From: an uncultured Burkholderiales bacterium
GTDB taxonomy: Bacteria > Vulcanimicrobiota > Xenobia > Xenobiales > JADMJV01
Length of the DNA: 38,673 nucleotides
Direction of reading: 5' to 3'
NCBI GenBank assembly: GCA_964423525.1
Contig: CAYRFU010000001.1
Location: forward strand, 278 to 38,950
The translations under genes were made by a program, and so were the position numbers. The notes under the pieces were generated by a model that saw only the letters and a list, made by a program, of their open reading frames with translations, did no database searches and was not told where the DNA came from. Shown here piece after piece: positions 34,970-38,673 of the stretch (positions within the stretch are counted from its first letter, which is position 1; every line of letters begins with the position of its first letter).

Positions 34970-37080
34970 TCCTGGATTTCCTCCTGTCGAATGGGCCGAG
35001 GGGGGTCGGAAGGGGCTCGGTCGTAAGGGGAAACGAACTCCTCTTTCTTTCGGGTTTCGCGGATCTCGTGTTGATGGTCACGGGGAGCCCGGTCGCCTTT
35101 CAGGAATTCCTGATAAGGCTCGTCGAGGCGATGGACGTCCTCAGGCTGCTCGATGATATGAGGAGTGAGCGAGATAAAAAGAGTGGTCTTTGCCTCTTCC
35201 TTGCGCAGCTCTCGAAAGAGACGCTGAATCAGAGGAATGTCCCCCAGGAGAGGAACCTTTCGCATGGTCTCGGTGGTTCTTTTCGAGATCAGGCCGCCGA
35301 TCAGGAAGGTCTGCCCGTCTTTGACTGTGACCGTCGTTTTGACCGTACGGTTGGAAATCAGGGGCACAATGTAGCCGAACCCGCCAATATCCTGCTCCAG
35401 GAAGTCAGTCACCTCTTGAACCTCTTGTTCGAGTTCGAGACGAATTTTCTCGGACTGGCTGACATGGGGAGTCACTTTCAGGTTGATCCCAACGTCTCGA
35501 TAGTCGTAGGTCACGGTCGGCTGCCCGAAGTTATTGAACTGAGCCCCGGTGGCGAACGGCACCACGTTTCCAACGTTGATCTCAGCTTCCTTGTGATCTT
35601 CGGTCATGACCCGCGGGGCTGAGATCAGGTTGAAGTCGGAGTTGGTATTTTGACCGGTCAGGAAGGCGAAAAGCTCAGGCACCTCGACATCGCGACCGTT
35701 GACTTCGATGGTTCGAGTGCCCGCCCCAACGCTACCGGCCACGAACTGACCTGAGGCCAAAAACGAGAGGAGACCTTCCTCCGTCAGGCCGCCATTGAAG
35801 GTCGAAATGATACCTCCGTCGGTCAAAACCTGGAAGGCTGCCCCTCGCTCGAGGATCTCGCTGAGAGTCACCTCAGCCACCACTGCGGTGACCAAAATCT
35901 GACGCCGAGGCGCATCAAGTTGTTGGACCAGCGCCACCACCTCTTTGTACTCCGAGGGGGACACATAGAGGACCAGAGAGTTGGTCTCGGGATCGGAGGC
36001 GACCTTGGCCGACACGAAAGGAAGCTTCTCGCCGGACTGGTTCTGAGCGGGAGCTCCCGGTTGCTGGGCACCAGCCGGGTTGCCGGCATCGTTGGCGCTG
36101 GCCGTGGCCTGCCTTAGAGCCTGGGGGTTCTGCTGGAGACGCTGCTGCTGGAGGGCCGCCTTCTCGGAGAGCATCTCAGACAGGATGGTGGCCACGTCCT
36201 CGGCCTGCGCATGCTGGAGGGGATAAACGTAGAATTTCGGCTCCTGGACGTCTTCTGGTGCCGCCGAGGGAACATCAAGACGCGCCAACAGGCCTTTCAC
36301 TTCTTTGATCTGCTCGTTCGAACCTTGAATCAAGACCGCATTAGCCGCCGGAAAAGCTTTGATCTGGTAACGACCTTCGTTGGTCATACCAGGTCGATTC
36401 AGAAGCTGGTCGAGAGTCGGTGCCACCTCTTCAGCTTGGGCGTATTTGGGAAAAACGACCGAAGTGGCGAAGCCGGGGTGGGCTACGTCGAGATAGCGAG
36501 CCACCGAAGAGATACGAGCCACCACCTCCGACTTGTCGGCCACGATCAGGGCTTTCCCGGGCTGGTAGGGCTGAACCACGCCAACCTCGGAGAGCAGAGG
36601 TCGGATGCTGTTCTGGAGGATGTTCACGTCGGCATCCTTAAACAGCAGAACCGCCATCGACATCCCTTCGGTCGGGGCCGTACGAGGATTGACCAGCACT
36701 TTGGAGTTGGTGCGTGTATCTTTGAGAGGCACGACCTGAGTGAACCCACTCCTTTCCACGGTGCCGAAACCGTAGCGGCTCAAGGCGACTCGAAAGATCT
36801 CCCAGGCTTCATTAGGGGTCACTTCCCGAGAGGACAGGACCGTCAGACGCCCTTGAACATTCTGATCGAAGACGATGTTTCGTCCCGTCAGCTCCGCCAT
36901 CAAACGACCCATCAAACGGATATCCACATCCTCGTAATTAAGAAGGATGCGGCCGCTCCGAAGCGATTCCGCTCGTCCACCCTCAAGCAATCGAGGAGAG
37001 GACTTGGGAGGCGCGGGAGGCTGGCCCCAGGCTTGCAGCACGCAGATGGCAATCAGTATCACAACAGGGAATCTTTTCAT
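34966..37080 (-). CDS. gspD: Type II secretion system secretin D
   Basis: Signal peptide from ATG 37080 (GAGGTG RBS); N0 domain LNYEDVDIR, N-domain repeats, LDAPRRQILV, DVGINLKVTPHV, KVPLLGDIPLI. Confidence 0.95.
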   Translation of the reverse strand: MKRFPVVILIAICVLQAWGQPPAPPKSSPRLLEGGRAESLRSGRILLNYEDVDIRLMGRLMAELTGRNIVFDQNVQGRLTVLSSREVTPNEAWEIFRVALSRYGFGTVERSGFTQVVPLKDTRTNSKVLVNPRTAPTEGMSMAVLLFKDADVNILQNSIRPLLSEVGVVQPYQPGKALIVADKSEVVARISSVARYLDVAHPGFATSVVFPKYAQAEEVAPTLDQLLNRPGMTNEGRYQIKAFPAANAVLIQGSNEQIKEVKGLLARLDVPSAAPEDVQEPKFYVYPLQHAQAEDVATILSEMLSEKAALQQQRLQQNPQALRQATASANDAGNPAGAQQPGAPAQNQSGEKLPFVSAKVASDPETNSLVLYVSPSEYKEVVALVQQLDAPRRQILVTAVVAEVTLSEILERGAAFQVLTDGGIISTFNGGLTEEGLLSFLASGQFVAGSVGAGTRTIEVNGRDVEVPELFAFLTGQNTNSDFNLISAPRVMTEDHKEAEINVGNVVPFATGAQFNNFGQPTVTYDYRDVGINLKVTPHVSQSEKIRLELEQEVQEVTDFLEQDIGGFGYIVPLISNRTVKTTVTVKDGQTFLIGGLISKRTTETMRKVPLLGDIPLIQRLFRELRKEEAKTTLFISLTPHIIEQPEDVHRLDEPYQEFLKGDRAPRDHQHEIRETRKKEEFVSPYDRAPSDPPRPIRQEEIQE

Positions 37081-37081
37081 A

Positions 37082-37816
37082 TCACCTCGGGATAACCGCC
37101 CAGCTGGGATTCTCCCATGTACCTCCAAGTCTCAATGTCCCCCGACCTCGGGGCGACTCAAACGGAAGGCTTCCGTTTAAAAGGGGTGACCCGCCCGCTG
37201 GGGGGGTCTCAATATTGACGTTGCCTGAGGCCGAATACCGGCCCTCACCACCGATCATCTTGAGGTCGATCAAGACTAGGCTCCGGGGTAGCTCGGGTGT
37301 GCCGACATTCTGGATCTCGAATGGACCCCCCAGCTCAACCGAGGCCTCGGGCAGGGGAGGGGGAGGACGAAAATTCGGCATGGAGAGATGGAGCTCCCCA
37401 CTTCCGGTGCGATTGGTGAGATCGAGGGTGATAGTGCCTCGAAAACGCGAAACCCCGAACTGGGAGGAGGCCGTATCGACCTCCAGATCTTCCAGGGCGA
37501 GTTTCACCTGACGACCGTCGAACAGCAACTCAGCCGACCCTTCTTCCTGCTTGAGGTTGGCCCGAATGCCGTCCCGAGTGGGAGCGATTCGAGCTTCAGC
37601 CATCTGGAGATTCAAACCCGAAGACATCACGATCCGAACGTCTTTGACTCGGACTCCGAAGGGACCGGCCGAGACCGGAGTGTAAGTGACCGAGGCTTTG
37701 GTTGCCCGTTCCAGGGTCCTAACTGATTTTTTCACCAAAGTGTCGTAAGGAAAACGGATAGCCAGGAACACACTGTAGAGCAGCAAGCCCAACACGATAT
37801 GGCCGACGATTCTCAT
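37082..37816 (-). CDS. Putative type II secretion protein N
   Basis: N-terminal TM ending FLAIRFPYD, beta-rich body, C-terminal LRLGGTWENP; position after M. Confidence 0.6.
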   Translation of the reverse strand: MRIVGHIVLGLLLYSVFLAIRFPYDTLVKKSVRTLERATKASVTYTPVSAGPFGVRVKDVRIVMSSGLNLQMAEARIAPTRDGIRANLKQEEGSAELLFDGRQVKLALEDLEVDTASSQFGVSRFRGTITLDLTNRTGSGELHLSMPNFRPPPPLPEASVELGGPFEIQNVGTPELPRSLVLIDLKMIGGEGRYSASGNVNIETPPAGGSPLLNGSLPFESPRGRGTLRLGGTWENPSWAVIPR

Positions 37817-38292
37817 TCCGCTTCACCGGGGACTCGAACCATCAGCTCGATATCCCACCGGCCGTCGCCGTCCCAGTCGTTGAGGTCCAGACGTTCTAGC
37901 ATCAAGTTCACTCTGGTCAACTCTCCGAAAAACCGAACTGTTTGAGCTGGACTGAGCTTGCGAAGCTTGACCGAGGCCCCCGCCCCCTGGGCGTAGCTAT
38001 CGTTACTGATCAAATTCTTCTCCAGTCCGATCAAAGCGTTTTGGGCGATCCAGGACCGCAGGTCGGGCCGGTCGTCAGATGAGGGCGGGTCAGGCACCTT
38101 CTGATGGAGTTTCTCGACCTCGGGTAAAAGAGCCAACAGTTGACCTCGCACCTGCTCAAGCTGCTGAATCTCCTGGGCCAGAGCCTGATTGCTTCGGTGG
38201 CGGGGCACGGCGTAACCGTAGACAAAGACCAACACCAGCACGATCACAACACCGGCTATCACGGCGGGATTGAGAGAGCGTTCGGTAGCCAT
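37813..38292 (-). CDS. Putative type II secretion protein M
   Basis: Single TM, coiled coil, ferredoxin-like C-terminal pattern; operon position. Confidence 0.55.
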   Translation of the reverse strand: MATERSLNPAVIAGVVIVLVLVFVYGYAVPRHRSNQALAQEIQQLEQVRGQLLALLPEVEKLHQKVPDPPSSDDRPDLRSWIAQNALIGLEKNLISNDSYAQGAGASVKLRKLSPAQTVRFFGELTRVNLMLERLDLNDWDGDGRWDIELMVRVPGEAE

Positions 38293-38294
38293 CT

Positions 38295-38673
38295 CTAAGG
38301 CTGGGGCATCCTTCCTTCGATGGTGAAAAGAAACGTCTGGTCCGCTCCAGGGCGGGTTTTGACTTGCTCGACACCGGTGAAGATCTCGGCCAGGCTACTC
38401 TTGATATTCTCGGTCTGGGCCAAACCGGTGACCTTGCCCTCAAATTTTACCACTTCATCGTCGAAGGTCACCGACCGCAGATCGGAGCCCTCGTTCTGCT
38501 TGAAAGCGGCGGCCGTCCTGCCCAGAGCCTTCATCAGAGTGGTTGGGGAAGCGGACAGCACGCGGCGACGAGCCTCGACATGCTCTTCCAGTTGCTGAAT
38601 GATCTCGCTCCCCTCCAGAACGGCCACATCTCCCACCACCGGTCGAGCGGCTTGCTCGACCACCTCTCGAACC
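38295..38673 (-). CDS. Putative type II secretion protein L / PilN-like C-terminal part (5'-truncated)
   Basis: Frame open to the window edge; LRSVTFDDEVVKFEG..ENIKSSL..F PilN/GspL-like periplasmic pattern. Confidence 0.55.
   Translation of the reverse strand, partial: VREVVEQAARPVVGDVAVLEGSEIIQQLEEHVEARRRVLSASPTTLMKALGRTAAAFKQNEGSDLRSVTFDDEVVKFEGKVTGLAQTENIKSSLAEIFTGVEQVKTRPGADQTFLFTIEGRMPQP

Overview
GC-rich bacterial chromosomal window of mostly housekeeping genes with several decaying accessory genes. In order: the end of a sugar ABC permease operon with an alkyltransferase-like gene; a MerC-domain gene; a Gly/Thr-repeat lipoprotein next to two head-to-head paralogous polytopic membrane proteins (probable GT-C glycosyltransferases); groES-groEL preceded by STAS, SH3, aat and YccA-like genes; a response regulator/histidine kinase pair; an inositol monophosphatase; an SDR-Gfo/Idh/MocA-carotenoid oxygenase operon; a yaaO-like decarboxylase-Ycf45-tmk-holB-yaaT(ricT) cluster; DUF62, a degenerate endonuclease I, a methyltransferase and pdxS-pdxT; a 612-bp direct-repeat-bounded segment with a coiled-coil gene; broken M64 peptidase and lipoprotein genes; two small Cys-rich ORFs; and part of a type II secretion cluster (L-M-N-D-E-F). 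I saw no rRNA, tRNA, CRISPR array, transposase or integrase. Terrabacteria-type genes together with a secretin suggest a diderm Terrabacteria-group organism, possibly Eremiobacterota/Vulcanimicrobiota (low-confidence inference). The best candidate for an undescribed system is the divergent GT-C paralog pair plus its Thr-repeat lipoprotein (possible protein O-glycosylation module). All family calls come from motifs read by eye; no database search was run.
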